A DNA stretch of 64,000 nucleotides, from NCBI GenBank assembly GCA_965237525.1, contig CBDEFO010000004.1, positions 32,001 to 96,000 on the forward strand, read 5' to 3'. The notes under the pieces were generated by a model. It saw only the letters and a program-made list of their open reading frames with translations, had not been told where the DNA came from and ran no database searches. Numbering within the stretch: position 1 is the first letter of the stretch; every line of letters starts with the position of its first letter. Positions 51,595 to 63,782 of the stretch are shown one piece after another. Origin of the DNA: Candidatus Latescibacterota bacterium. Its GTDB lineage: Bacteria > Latescibacterota > CBDEFO01. A program made the translations under genes and the position numbers.

Positions 51595-52545
51595 ATGAGA
51601 TTGATCTTCATGGGGACGCCCGATTTTGCCGTTCCGTCTCTTGGGAGGATTGCAGGGAGCAGGCACGATTGTGTGTGTGTTGTGACTCGTCCGGACACAC
51701 CAAAAGGAAGAGGACAGAAGCTTTCACCGTCCCCGGTTAAGCTGGAAGCGCAAAGACTCAATATCCCCACAATGCAGCCTGAAAACCTCAAAGATCCCCA
51801 TTTCCACTCTGCCCTTTCCGACGCTCGACCCGATCTTTTTGTAGTCGTAGCCTTTAGAATCCTGCCTCTTTCGGTTCTGATGATACCACGATTGTGTTCG
51901 CTTAACCTACATGCGTCTATATTGCCCAAGTACAGAGGAGCGGCGCCCATAAACTGGGCCATCATAAATGGTGAAAAGGAGACGGGTCTTACGACATTCG
52001 TAATAGACGAAAAGGTTGACACCGGGGACATAATCCTGCAGGAGAAAGTCGAAATAGGCGATGACGAGACGGCAGGAGAGCTTTACAACAGACTGAAAGC
52101 CGAAGGTGCAGATCTGCTCGTGGAGACTATAGATCTTTTAGAAGCAGGAAAGTCTACACGTATCCCTCAATCCCCGATAGACTCCATCGGGGACAAAGCG
52201 GGAGCGACAAAAGCCCCTAAGATTAAGAAGGAAAACGGCAGGATTGATTGGAATAAAGACCCAGAGACGATAAGGAACCTGATAAGGGGAACAAATCCGT
52301 ACCCTGGAGCATTCACTACTTGGAGGGATAAGGAACTTAAAATACATAGAGCTGCTCGTGAGGAGCGAGAATGTAAAAGTAAGCCGGGGGAGATTATAGT
52401 ATCTGATCCCAAGGGTGGGATAGTAGTAGCCACTGGAGGGGGTTTTCTCCGGCTTTTGGAGGTTCAACCTGCCGGTAAAAAGAAGATGACCGCCTCTGAA
52501 TTTGTCCGCGGCTACAGGTTGTCTCAAAAAGAAAAATTCGAATAG
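51595..52545 (+). CDS. fmt: methionyl-tRNA formyltransferase with a 7-aa palindrome-encoded insertion
   Basis: FMGTPDFA, NLHASILPKYRGAAPI, DTGD. Confidence 0.96.
   Translation: MRLIFMGTPDFAVPSLGRIAGSRHDCVCVVTRPDTPKGRGQKLSPSPVKLEAQRLNIPTMQPENLKDPHFHSALSDARPDLFVVVAFRILPLSVLMIPRLCSLNLHASILPKYRGAAPINWAIINGEKETGLTTFVIDEKVDTGDIILQEKVEIGDDETAGELYNRLKAEGADLLVETIDLLEAGKSTRIPQSPIDSIGDKAGATKAPKIKKENGRIDWNKDPETIRNLIRGTNPYPGAFTTWRDKELKIHRAAREERECKSKPGEIIVSDPKGGIVVATGGGFLRLLEVQPAGKKKMTASEFVRGYRLSQKEKFE
52171..52193. repeat. short palindrome in frame within fmt
   Basis: TCC CCG ATA GAC TCC ATC GGG GA encodes SPIDSIG. Confidence 0.9.
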
Positions 52546-52573
52546 TGAAGTTCAAAATCAGGGGGTTAAATCG

Positions 52574-53280
52574 ATGTATCCTCTATTCTTCTTCCCGTTA
52601 TCTTGGGACCCCACCTTCATCCTTTTAATTCCTGCCATAATCCTCACCCTCTACGCTCAGGCTAAGATAAAGAGCGCATATGCCAAATACAGTAAGGTTT
52701 ACGCGCAAGGAGTGGACTGACCGGCGCACAGGTCGCAAGGAGGCTCTTAGACCATGACAATCTTAATAATGTGGCAGTGGAGATGATAGATGGTGAGCTG
52801 ACGGACCATTACGATCCGCGCCAGAATGTTATGAAGCTTTCGGAGGGCGTCTATTCCTCAAGGTCTGTGGCCGCCATAGGCGTCGCCGCACACGAGACAG
52901 GACACGCGATCCAGCATGCCGCAGGATACGCCCCACTGTCTTTGAGGAACAGCATAGTGCCCGTAGACAGGCTTCGGATCTAAATTAGCATGGCCCTGTT
53001 CATAGGAGGCTTCGTCTTCGGATATGAACCCCTGATGGACCTGGGCATAGCCTTGTTTACCCTGGCTATGGTTTTCACTTTGTGATTTTGCCCGTCGAAT
53101 TTAACGCCAGCAGCAGAGCCATAAAGATCCTTACAGGAAGGGGATGTCTGGCTCAGGAGGAGATAAAGTCCGCCAGGAAAGTCTTAAACGCCTCGGCCCT
53201 GAGCCTATCATGCGTCAGCGGCTGTGGCTGTCATCCACCTTATCCGTTTGCTCATACTGAGAGGCGCCTCAGACTACTGA
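52574..53280 (+). pseudogene. YugP-like neutral zinc metallopeptidase, multiply frameshifted
   Basis: LTDHYDP, AAHETGHAIQ, LPVEFNAS in different frames. Confidence 0.88.
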
Positions 53281-53303
53281 ACATAGTAGACAGTAGAAAG
53301 GTG

Positions 53304-53443
53304 AGATTGCTTCGGGGTTTCACCCCTTGCAATGACTGAAGCCGAAGCCCGGCAACGTCATTACGAATCCTCTAAACCGTCATTGCGCGCAGCCCCAATT
53401 AAACCCCCGATTGACTCTATGGGGGTCGGGGGGAAACAATCTC
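53304..53443. repeat. REP-like hairpins containing a nested short palindrome (53404-53425)
   Basis: GAGATTGCTTC...GCAATGAC; GTCATTGCG...cccccgattgactctatggggg...CAATCTC. Confidence 0.75.
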
Positions 53444-53529
53444 GTAGTCAATACAGGGCATCCTCCCTACGTTCTTACAGGGCATCGCCCGACCTTCTTA
53501 GCGGGCATCCTCCCCTACCTTCGTGCTGT

Positions 53530-54402
53530 CTACTTAACAGAGGAGACTGACGACGCTCCTCTGTTTTGGTCATTCAGTCCCCAGTCGTATTCGTAGTATT
53601 TAATCTTGTAGTTGTCTTTAGCAAATTCTATCTTCTCTTTTTTGTCGTCTGCTATGTAGAGCTTGATGTAGTCCAGTATATGAGCATCCTCCACGTTGAA
53701 GTTCTCTTTATACCAGTCCCTAAAGTCATCTGCGTACCAGTCGAAGATGGAGGACAGGTACACGATTTTGTTCTCCGCATCTATCTTGACATTGCGTTCC
53801 TCGTTTATGAAGTGCCGGGCCGATTCTTCGAGCCTACCCTCCAGGTTATGGGCAAGAAAGGCTTTCGTTTCAAGGCGCGGGCATCCCAGAGAGGCGCAGC
53901 TTATGGCAAAGTGTATCCTCGGCTCTTTGAACTTTTCCCTTACTATGTCGTCCTCTATGTGTTTGAGCGAGTATTTGTTGCCACCTGCGTTGAATTTGAT
54001 CATCCAGAAGAAGCCTTTAAGCATCTTGATGCTAAGAACGCTGTCTGTGGGATAGTTATCCACAACTCCTTTGATGACGAAGGCGTTGTATGCGTTGATC
54101 CAGTAAGCCAATCTGTCATCTCTTGTAGGGAATGCATCCGGATCTTTTTCAGGGCTGTAGCTTTGCAGCAAATCTATATAGGTTTCGAGGTCTTCCGAAT
54201 CCCCTTTTAAAGTGGTGTAGTCCACCATTCCTTTACTATCTGTAAACCGCATTAAGGCTCTGTCGATCGGTTCGTGGGTGAAGGGATCCTGGGATTTCCT
54301 CTTTTCGTCGTCTTTGCATCCTGATACTAATAGCGAAATACTCAGAATCGTGGCGGATACAAAGGTAGCTAAAAGCAAGGAACCCCATCTGTAGGAAATC
54401 AT
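53530..54402 (-). CDS. DUF547-family lipoprotein
   Basis: lipobox LVSGC; LAYWINAYN, EPRIHFAISCASLGCP, YDWGLN. Confidence 0.9.
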   Translation of the reverse strand: MISYRWGSLLLATFVSATILSISLLVSGCKDDEKRKSQDPFTHEPIDRALMRFTDSKGMVDYTTLKGDSEDLETYIDLLQSYSPEKDPDAFPTRDDRLAYWINAYNAFVIKGVVDNYPTDSVLSIKMLKGFFWMIKFNAGGNKYSLKHIEDDIVREKFKEPRIHFAISCASLGCPRLETKAFLAHNLEGRLEESARHFINEERNVKIDAENKIVYLSSIFDWYADDFRDWYKENFNVEDAHILDYIKLYIADDKKEKIEFAKDNYKIKYYEYDWGLNDQNRGASSVSSVK

Positions 54403-54612
54403 ACCTTACCGGCCTCCAGGGAGAGCAAGCCTCTGTGTCTTTTCTTAAGTTTCGGGTCAAAATGGTCTGGAGCTGACAATAGAGATCCAGAATAGTAAGT
54501 AGCAAACAGTAGACAAGGCAGTCTATATGAGGTTGCTTCGCAGACCCTTCGCTTGGCTCTGGGCTTCGGCTCGCGATGATGACTTAGAAAGGAGAGATTG
54601 GGGCCACGTCTA

Positions 54613-54635
54613 TCCCCGTTAGATTCAATCGGGGG
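54613..54635. repeat. short palindrome within heptamer CTACTGA-type repeats
   Basis: tccccgttagattcaatcggggg. Confidence 0.85.
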
Positions 54636-54661
54636 CTACTGACTACTGTTTACTTAGCTAA

Positions 54662-55144
54662 CTATTCAGGCACGGCGAACTTGAAGACAAATCCGGTTAT
54701 CTTCCATTCATTGTCCACCTTTTCCAGCATCCAGAAGTTAAAGTGGTCGAACTCCCTTGGCATCTCTGTCTCTTTGTGTGTGGTCTTGCCCTGTTCCTGA
54801 GTTACTACATAGGCTCTGTTGTTTCTGGCCTCAGTTTTGGTGGCGGTCCTTTTGAGATCGTATTCCACCTTGGAGAACCTCTCTTCGAGGTAGTCCTTGA
54901 ATTCATCCAGGTCGCTAAACAGGATTCGCCACTCCCTGGGATCAGCCTTTTCGACCCCATCGTACCCTGTGAAGTGAGGCTGATAGTGCTCCGTTATCTT
55001 CTCAATGTCACCCCTTTTCCATCCTATCTTCTCGTCTTCCAATACCTTGCGGATGGCTATGGCATCTTTCGTCTGGGCGTGGGCAAGAGAAAACGTCGCA
55101 GTGAAAACAAAGACAAAAGTAGTGAACAAGACAGTGATCTTCAT
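54662..55144 (-). CDS. secreted NTF2/SnoaL-like protein
   Basis: signal peptide; AIRKVL...WMLEKVDNEWKI. Confidence 0.7.
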   Translation of the reverse strand: MKITVLFTTFVFVFTATFSLAHAQTKDAIAIRKVLEDEKIGWKRGDIEKITEHYQPHFTGYDGVEKADPREWRILFSDLDEFKDYLEERFSKVEYDLKRTATKTEARNNRAYVVTQEQGKTTHKETEMPREFDHFNFWMLEKVDNEWKITGFVFKFAVPE

Positions 55145-55265
55145 CGTTGTTCTCCTCCTTTCCTGTAGTCTGTGTAGGGCGAATCCAAGTGACAGCGTGC
55201 AGAGCGATGTCGCTACAAGCCACAAAGTGGTTCGCCCAGATTTCAGAGCAGACCCGCGGGTCTAC

Positions 55266-56338
55266 CTACTGTCTGTTTGCATAGACATCTTTGAGCATTT
55301 TAAGGACATCGAAACTGTAAGGGCAGACCTCGTCGCATGCTTTGAGGTCTTCGCACGATTCGACCTGCTCTCTGTAAGATTCATATTCTTCTTTAGCCCA
55401 TTCGTAGCCGAATCTCGTGTGGCAGTCGTAGCCGAACATTATCTTTTGAACGGGAATACCATTTGAATAGGGGTGGCACAGTGCACAGCTCCTGCACGGC
55501 CCCAGTCCCAGGGCTTCGACTTTCTCCACGATGTCCCGACGCTCCGCAGAAGACAGCTTTTCGATAATATGTCCGACGGCGACATTCTCCTCTGCCATCT
55601 GGGGCGTGCTCATCCCGGAAAGAACCGCGCTGACACCGTCGTGAGAAAGTATGTAGAGGAGAGCGGCCTGTCCGGGCGTGTCTGCGTAAGGACCCAAAAT
55701 CTCTTTGAAGACTCCCCACTCCTGTGTAAGGTGTCCGTTGTAGGTCGGATAGTTGACAAAGACCCCGATGTTCTTCTCTTTGGCCAGCGGTATGATCTCC
55801 TCATCGACTCTCTCGGTGCGCACAAGGTTGAAAGGAACCTGTATCACATCGAACTCATCCATCTCAATAAGGGTTCTCATTCGATCCAGTGGCATAGGCT
55901 GAAAATGATCGAAGCTTATCCCCACATATCTGGTTAAGCCTCTATCCCTTGCCTTCTGGCACCCTTCCAAAACTCCGCCCGGGCGCATCGTATTGTGAAA
56001 TCTTTCGGGATCGTTGCACCCGTGGACGTAGAAGAGATCTACGTTGTCCAGACCTAAGATCGAAAGACTTGCTTCTATGTCCTTCTGAGCCATATCAGAA
56101 TCCACAGGCTGCGTCTTTGTGGCTATGTAGAAATCCTCTCTGTTTCTTCCCTTTATCCCATGTCCGACCTTCTCCTCGCTGTCGCCGTAGCTCCTGGCGG
56201 TGTCTATGAAATTGATCCCCAAATCAGGGCGCTCTTTACGGTGTCCACAGCAGCATCGAGATGCTCTGACAGACGCGCTGCGCCGAAGGCTACTGCGGTT
56301 ATCTCTAGCCCTGTCCTTCCGAGCGTTCTCTTTTCCAT
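55266..56338 (-). pseudogene. aldo/keto reductase with C-terminal Fe-S-like motif, frameshift near 56225
   Basis: MEKRTLGRTGLE in a different frame from GINFIDTARSYG. Confidence 0.85.
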
Positions 56339-56344
56339 TCCAAC

Positions 56345-57876
56345 TTAATCTTCCCTCCGATATTTGCTTACAACTTTTGAAACTTCTGAGAATTTGTCTT
56401 TCAGGGCCGGATAGAGGGATCTGAAGACCGAGTAGAAATCCCTGTACGTCCTGACATTTTCCTCTATCGGCTCTGTCGAATCCACAACCTTTACTAACTC
56501 CTCAGCGGCTTCCACGAGGTTGTCGAAGAGTCCCGCTCCCACGCTGGCCATCAGCGCGGCTCCGAAGGCGGGACCCTCTTTAACATTGACCCTCACCACG
56601 GGAGCACCGTAGATATCCGCCTGCAGCTGGCGCCAGAAGGCGCTTTTTGCCCCTCCTCCTGTCGCTCTGATCTCCTCCATTTCGAGTCCCAACTCTCTCA
56701 TTATCTCTATAGAATCGTTCATAGCATAGGTGATCCCCTCGAGGACGGAGCGGACTATGTGCTCTCTTTTGTGCCTTGCCGTTATGCCGAAGAAGACGCC
56801 TTTGGCATCTGCGTCCTGATGCGGGGTCCTTTCGCCCGTAAGATAAGGCAGAAAGATCAGTCCCTCACAGCCTTGGGGAGCCCGTGACGCTTCCTCTGTG
56901 AGCAGATCGTAGGAATCCACTCCCCTGAGCCTTTCCATCTCCTTATGACCCGAGACGTCCCTGAACCATCTTAACGAATTTCCGGCCGAGAGCGTCACTC
57001 CCATCAGATACCAGCTCTGGGGGACGCTGTGACAGAACGAATGGACCCTCATCTGTGGATCCACCTTAAGATCAGCGCTGTGAGCAAAGACTACTCCGGA
57101 GGTTCCGATGCTGGATAAGACCCTCCCCTCTAAGACTATTCCTGTCCCCGTGGCTCCGCAGGTGTTGTCCGCTCCGCCACCGACGACGAGAGTTCCAGTT
57201 TTAAGCCCCGTCGCCTTTGCAACATCTTCTGTAACCTTTCCGCATACGTCTGCAGATTCGCAGACATCAGGGAGGATGTCCCGTGGAATATCTATCTTGC
57301 CTAAGAATTCATCTGACCATTTTCTCCCTCTGACATCGAACAGGAGCGTCCCCGCTGCGTCTGAGACCTCCATCGCTTTTTCGCCTGTGAGCCTGAACCT
57401 TACGTAATCCTTGGGGAGCAACAGTGTTTTTAGCCTCTCGTAATTCTCCGGCTCGTTGTCCCTTAGCCAAATCACTTTGGGAGCGGTGAAACCCTCTAAG
57501 GCTGGATTCGCGACCAATTTAGCGAGGCTCTCTTTTCCTACGACTTCCGTAATCCATCGGCACTCTCTAGATGTCCTGCCGTCGTTCCACAGGATCGCAG
57601 GTCTTATAACGTGGTCGTTTTCGTCCAGAAAGACCGCGCTATGCATCTGGCCCGAAAGACCTATGCATTTTATATCCGCGGCATCAGCCCCTCCGATCAC
57701 GTGTCTTATGGACTTTATGGTCCCTCTCCACCAGTCCTCCGGATCCTGCTCGCTCCACCCCGGATGAGGTGTGTACAGGGGATATTCAACTGTGGAACTT
57801 GCAACTGTGGTGCCCTCTTCGTCTATCAATATAGTCTTTACGCCCGTAGTTCCAACGTCGATTCCCAGAAGGTAGG
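56345..57876 (-). pseudogene. xylB: xylulokinase, separated from its start (ATG at 60711) by an IS
   Basis: LGIDVGT, GLSGQMH, PYLTGERTP; removing 57877-60707 restores MAYLLGID with an RBS. Confidence 0.9.
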
Positions 57877-60701
57877 GGTTATTTATCAAATGAAATCGGT
57901 GCACTTCTCTTTCGATCTTTGATTGATCTTGAATGATAGGTTTTCGACAATCTTTGGTTTCTGTTCTTTTTCAAAATGGATGTATAATTGTTCTTCTTTT
58001 AGGTTCCATTCAGCCAGGACAAAGTAGTTGGTGTAAGAGGAGGGAAGAGATACTTTCTCATTTAGGACATCGATAAAGGCTTTATCTGTCTGTTCTGTGT
58101 CCTGTTTGACTTGTCTGATAAAATAGGTCTTGGGAATGAAATCTTTCTCGTTTGACTTCTCTTGCTTAGGTGGACGGTAGCCGGTGTATCTCTGTGATGA
58201 AAGATTAAACCATTCTAACTTCTGATCAACTTCTTGTAAGCTTTTGAACTGAATTCTGTTCCAGAACTTCCTTGAAAATACAGAATTGTTGCCTTCTATA
58301 GATGCTTGAGAAAAGGGCCTTCTGGGAACGGCAAATATCGGAATCACTTGATTTTTCAAGAGAAACTGCATTGCTTTGCTGACATTCCTTTTACCTGAAA
58401 CACTGCCAATAGTCGCCGAGCAATTGTCCACCTTAACGAAATCTGGTTTTTCAAACCTGTCAAAGAAAGACTGACACTTCTCGATAAAGTTAGTTGCTGT
58501 TTGACCGTCAACCCGCCGAAAATACCTTAACTTAGGCTCTTTCTTAAAGGAAAATCCAACGAAGTTGACCGGCTCAGTTCTGCCGGTAAGATACTTTTTA
58601 CCAATAAAGTCTGATTCTAGGACTCTGCCTCCTGAAAGATAGTAAATGGTATACTCTGGATAACAAAGATAACGAGATGCACCCTTGTTTTTACCTTTCT
58701 TCCTTCTCTGGGAAAGTCCTAAATCTGAAAGCATTCTGCCGATAGTCGGCAACGACGGAGGAGGGGTGCTAGAATATCGATTCCTCCATTCTTGTTCAAT
58801 AACAGTGGCTCCTGAATAGAACTGATAAGGATCGTCCTCTAAGCTATGGTAAATCTCTTTGATTCTCTGTTCGTCAACTTTAGCCAATTTTCGCCTTTTT
58901 CCTTTTGGCCAACCCCGATTATCCATGGCAAAATCCTGATCCAGAGATTTAGTCCAAGCCGTAACGAAATCATTGGAAACTCTCGCTTGTTTGATAACTT
59001 CTCGCTTTGACATTTCTTTCTTAAAATACATCTCGTTGACTTCTTGTCTTAATACGGCCAATCTCTCTTTGTCCATAGGACTCCGTAGATTAAAGTTAAG
59101 ACAATCAACTCAACTTAATCTACTAAAAGCCTTGTGAAATAGTTATGTCCCAGGCAGCGTCTGAAGCGCCGATTATGGGTCAAAGAGTAGCATATCGTAT
59201 CGTTTTGCTGTGGAATAAGCAAAATAGTCTTATCAGAGTTCTGGTCAGCAAGGAACAGGAGCTGTTTGAAGAACAGGATGCACTGTCTTTGACAGACAGG
59301 GCACACATAGACGCTTTCCCCCTTCTTATGAAAGATACAAGCCTCTTGAGATTCTGTACTGTTGCAACAAGATTCAACTGTTCATTCAGTGAGGCTGGTC
59401 CTCTGTAACGGGCTCGTCCCATACCGTGTTGTTGCCTGGCTTCAGCAAAGATATGTTCACTGCGTTTACGGAGTCTCCGGGAGAGTTTGTAGTCAGCTGT
59501 TAATGAGATAGACCGTGCATGATTTCTGGCTTTCGCCTCTCGCACTTTTCTATCCCGTTCGGCCTGAATATGTGCTGAATTTGTCTTGTTTTTCCATGTA
59601 GGAATCGGTTCAATCTTCTCATCGGCTCGCAGAGGAATATGGGGTATGATTCCCCGGTCAAGTACATCAGCGATAAAATTACCAGAACCGTAACCGGTAT
59701 CGGCACTAAGTGTCTGAATGTCTTTGGGCATGGTGTATGTTTCAAGGTCATCTACCATCTTAAGGGCACTTTCGGGCTCTGCTGTCCCTGTCGCCTGCGT
59801 GCCCTGAGTCTCAAGGATTACTCTGCTTTTTGTGTCGATCAGATCATGGCCCATAAACGAGAGAAAAGCCCCTTTGCCCTTCGATTTGCTGTATAAGCGC
59901 GCGTCGGGGTCTGTAGTCGAACGGTGTGTTTGGTTCGTCCACTTTTCACCATGAAAGTCTTTATCCTGAGGATGCCCGGACCTACCCTTTGTCTTATCAC
60001 CTTCAAAACCGATTCCCTTGAGATAATCATCAAGAGAAACAGGGGGTTCTATCGGCTCAATACTTTTCACTGAAGCATCAGCTTGTATCTGAGTGCCGTC
60101 GACACTAAGGTGTTTACCGCTCACAAGACCGACATCTATGCAACACTGGACTACCTGACGCATTATCCGTTCAAACAACCCACTGGATGCCCACTTGTGA
60201 TTGCGAAGCTTGTTGATCGTGCTCCTATCCGGAACCGCATCATCAAATGTCTGATGACAAAACAACCGATATGCCGCATGCATCCCCACTTCCTGACAGA
60301 GCCGATTCTCACTCAAATTATACAGATAGCCAATAAGGATCATTCGAACAACTAATTCAGGATCAATACCGGGTCTGCCATTGTCAGGGCAATAACAATC
60401 TGATACAACGTCTCGTACAAATGAAAAATCAACTGCCTCATCAATCTGACGAAGGATATGATCCTCGGGAACTAAATCCTCCATCTGAAAATAGTGAAAC
60501 ACCGGATTTGTCTGTTCCTGCTTTTGTGGGGTCATTGTTTCCTCCATGTATAATATTATCAATAACATAATATAATACATCGGAGCTGCTTTATCAATGC
60601 TTGTTCTATACTACTTTCTGAATCTAAGGGTTTTTCACAAGGCTTCTAATACTCTAAACAAAGATCAAATTAGGTGCACCGATTTCATTTGATATTCAAC
60701 C
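57877..60701 (-). mobile_element. unclassified DDE (rve-type, IS481-like) element, transposase 57886..59076, carrying IS1182 copy 5
   Basis: 28-bp TIR GGTTnnnTATCAAATGAAATCGGTGCAC; 6-bp TSD GGTAGG; ESD/VDN/IEG triad. Confidence 0.9.
59127..60645 (-). mobile_element. IS1182-family element, copy 5
   Basis: TSD CTAA/CTAA. Confidence 0.93.
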
Positions 60702-60750
60702 GGTAGGCCATGCGTCTCCTTCCGTTTCCGCAGATCCACGTGTCAGACAG

Positions 60751-60775
60751 GTCCCCGATAGATTCAATCGGGGAC
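60751..60775. repeat. short palindrome inserted in a TGTCAGACAG REP hairpin
   Basis: gtccccgatagattcaatcggggac; uninterrupted tgtcagacagtctgaca at 60843. Confidence 0.9.
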
Positions 60776-60878
60776 TGAGCCACCACAAGAGTGCGCTGAT
60801 AATGTAGTTAGTAGGACAGACATGTTTGTCTGTCCATTTGCATGTCAGACAGTCTGACACACCACGCACGGGTTCGAC

Positions 60879-62186
<1,308 letters not shown>

Positions 62187-62205
62187 TCACTTCATTATAG
62201 ATTTC

Positions 62206-63585
62206 TCAAGCCCTGTTCAATGCGGTTCTGAATGCATCTGCTATAGTATCCGCTTCGGACTCCGTCAGAACTAACGGCGGAGAGACGAAAAGGATATTCT
62301 CCGGATCGAACGAAGCATAGGCTACTCTTCCAACCAGGACGCCTTCTTCTTTGATGTGCCTTTGGATCTTAAGGACAGATTCGGTGTCCAGCGGAGTCTT
62401 GCTGTCTTTGTCTTTGACCAGTTCCAGGGCGATCATCAATCCCTTTCCCCTGACGTCACCTACAATCGGAAGTTCTAAAAGCTGCTTCAGTCTGCCGAGA
62501 AGGTAAGTTCCGATCTTTTCGGAGTTTTCCCACAGCCTTTCGGCAAGGAGTATGTCCAGATTAGCTAGAGCGGCGACACAGCAGACGGGGTGTCCGCCGT
62601 AGGTGCTGACCTGGGAGAATTCTCTGTGATCTTCAGGTTCTCCGAGGAACGCCTCAAAGACAGGTGATGTGGTTACACACGCTCCTAAAGGAAGGTAACC
62701 GCTGCTTATGCCTTTGGCTAAAGTGATGATGTCGGGCTCAACCTTCCATCTCTGGCAGGCGAACAGCGTTCCAGTCCTGCCGAAGCCAGTGATCACTTCA
62801 TCCAGAATCAAAAGGAGATCGTAGCGGTCGCAGATCTCCCGGAGCTTTGGAAGATAATCGTCGGGGGGCACAATGACTCCGCCGCCGCCTATGATCGGCT
62901 CTGCGATGACGGCTATCACAGTCTCGGGCCCCTCGTTCTCTATGATCCTTTCAATATCGTCGGCGCACGCTACGTTGCACTCTGGATACGAAAGACCCAA
63001 TGGACAGCGATAGCAGTAGGGAGGATGGGCGTGATGGAATCCCGGAACCAAAGGCTCAAACTTAGCACGTCTGGGCGTCTGCCCGGTCGCCGACATCGCT
63101 CCGAAGGTGAACCCGTGGTATCCTCGATAGCGGGCGATGACCTTGTAGCGGTTCTGACCAGGGAATTTCTGCCGACCGTACTGTCTTGCTATCTTCAGTG
63201 CTGTCTCGTTGGCCTCAGATCCGCTGTTTGAGAAGAAAACATGGTTCAGATCCCCGGGCAGCATGGAGCTTAATCTGTCCGCCAGACGCGTTGCCGGGAT
63301 ATTAAGCTGCGAATGGGGATAGTAAGATAGCGTCTTCATTTGCTGGTAGACCGCATCTGCGATCTCCTGGCGGCCGTAGCCGACATTCACGTTCCATAGA
63401 CCGGCATAGGCGTCCAGATACTCGTTTCCTTCGTAGTCGATTAATTTTGTCCCACGACCCTCTTTAATCAGCATCAGGTTCTGCTTTTCCAGCAGTCTGT
63501 GCTGAAATAGCGGATGCCAGACGTGTTCCCGATCCAGCTTTAGATAGTCTTCCAACGATGCATTTTCATTTGAAAGCGGTTCCAT
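62206..63585 (-). CDS. class III PLP-dependent aminotransferase
   Basis: SGSEANE, YHG, DEVITGFGRTG, AKGISSGYLP. Confidence 0.93.
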   Translation of the reverse strand: MEPLSNENASLEDYLKLDREHVWHPLFQHRLLEKQNLMLIKEGRGTKLIDYEGNEYLDAYAGLWNVNVGYGRQEIADAVYQQMKTLSYYPHSQLNIPATRLADRLSSMLPGDLNHVFFSNSGSEANETALKIARQYGRQKFPGQNRYKVIARYRGYHGFTFGAMSATGQTPRRAKFEPLVPGFHHAHPPYCYRCPLGLSYPECNVACADDIERIIENEGPETVIAVIAEPIIGGGGVIVPPDDYLPKLREICDRYDLLLILDEVITGFGRTGTLFACQRWKVEPDIITLAKGISSGYLPLGACVTTSPVFEAFLGEPEDHREFSQVSTYGGHPVCCVAALANLDILLAERLWENSEKIGTYLLGRLKQLLELPIVGDVRGKGLMIALELVKDKDSKTPLDTESVLKIQRHIKEEGVLVGRVAYASFDPENILFVSPPLVLTESEADTIADAFRTALNRA

Positions 63586-63782
63586 TTAGTCCCCCTATAA
63601 TACTCATATCCGTAGTAGCACTGTATCTCTGTGGAGGCAAATGTAAGTTATTGCCAATGTCTTGTCAAGCAAAAGAATTAAGGCACTGACAATAATTGAA
63701 TAACGGTTGATATTTACTTGACTCTGGGAGTGAGATTGGGTACTTTACTATAGCAAAAAAGACCACGAGAGGAGTTGAACTC

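Noticed and set aside
53452..53523. Three 23-25 bp repeats (GGGCATC.CCC.AC.TTC) as a possible CRISPR
   Set aside because: Directly tandem, degenerate, no spacers and no cas genes.
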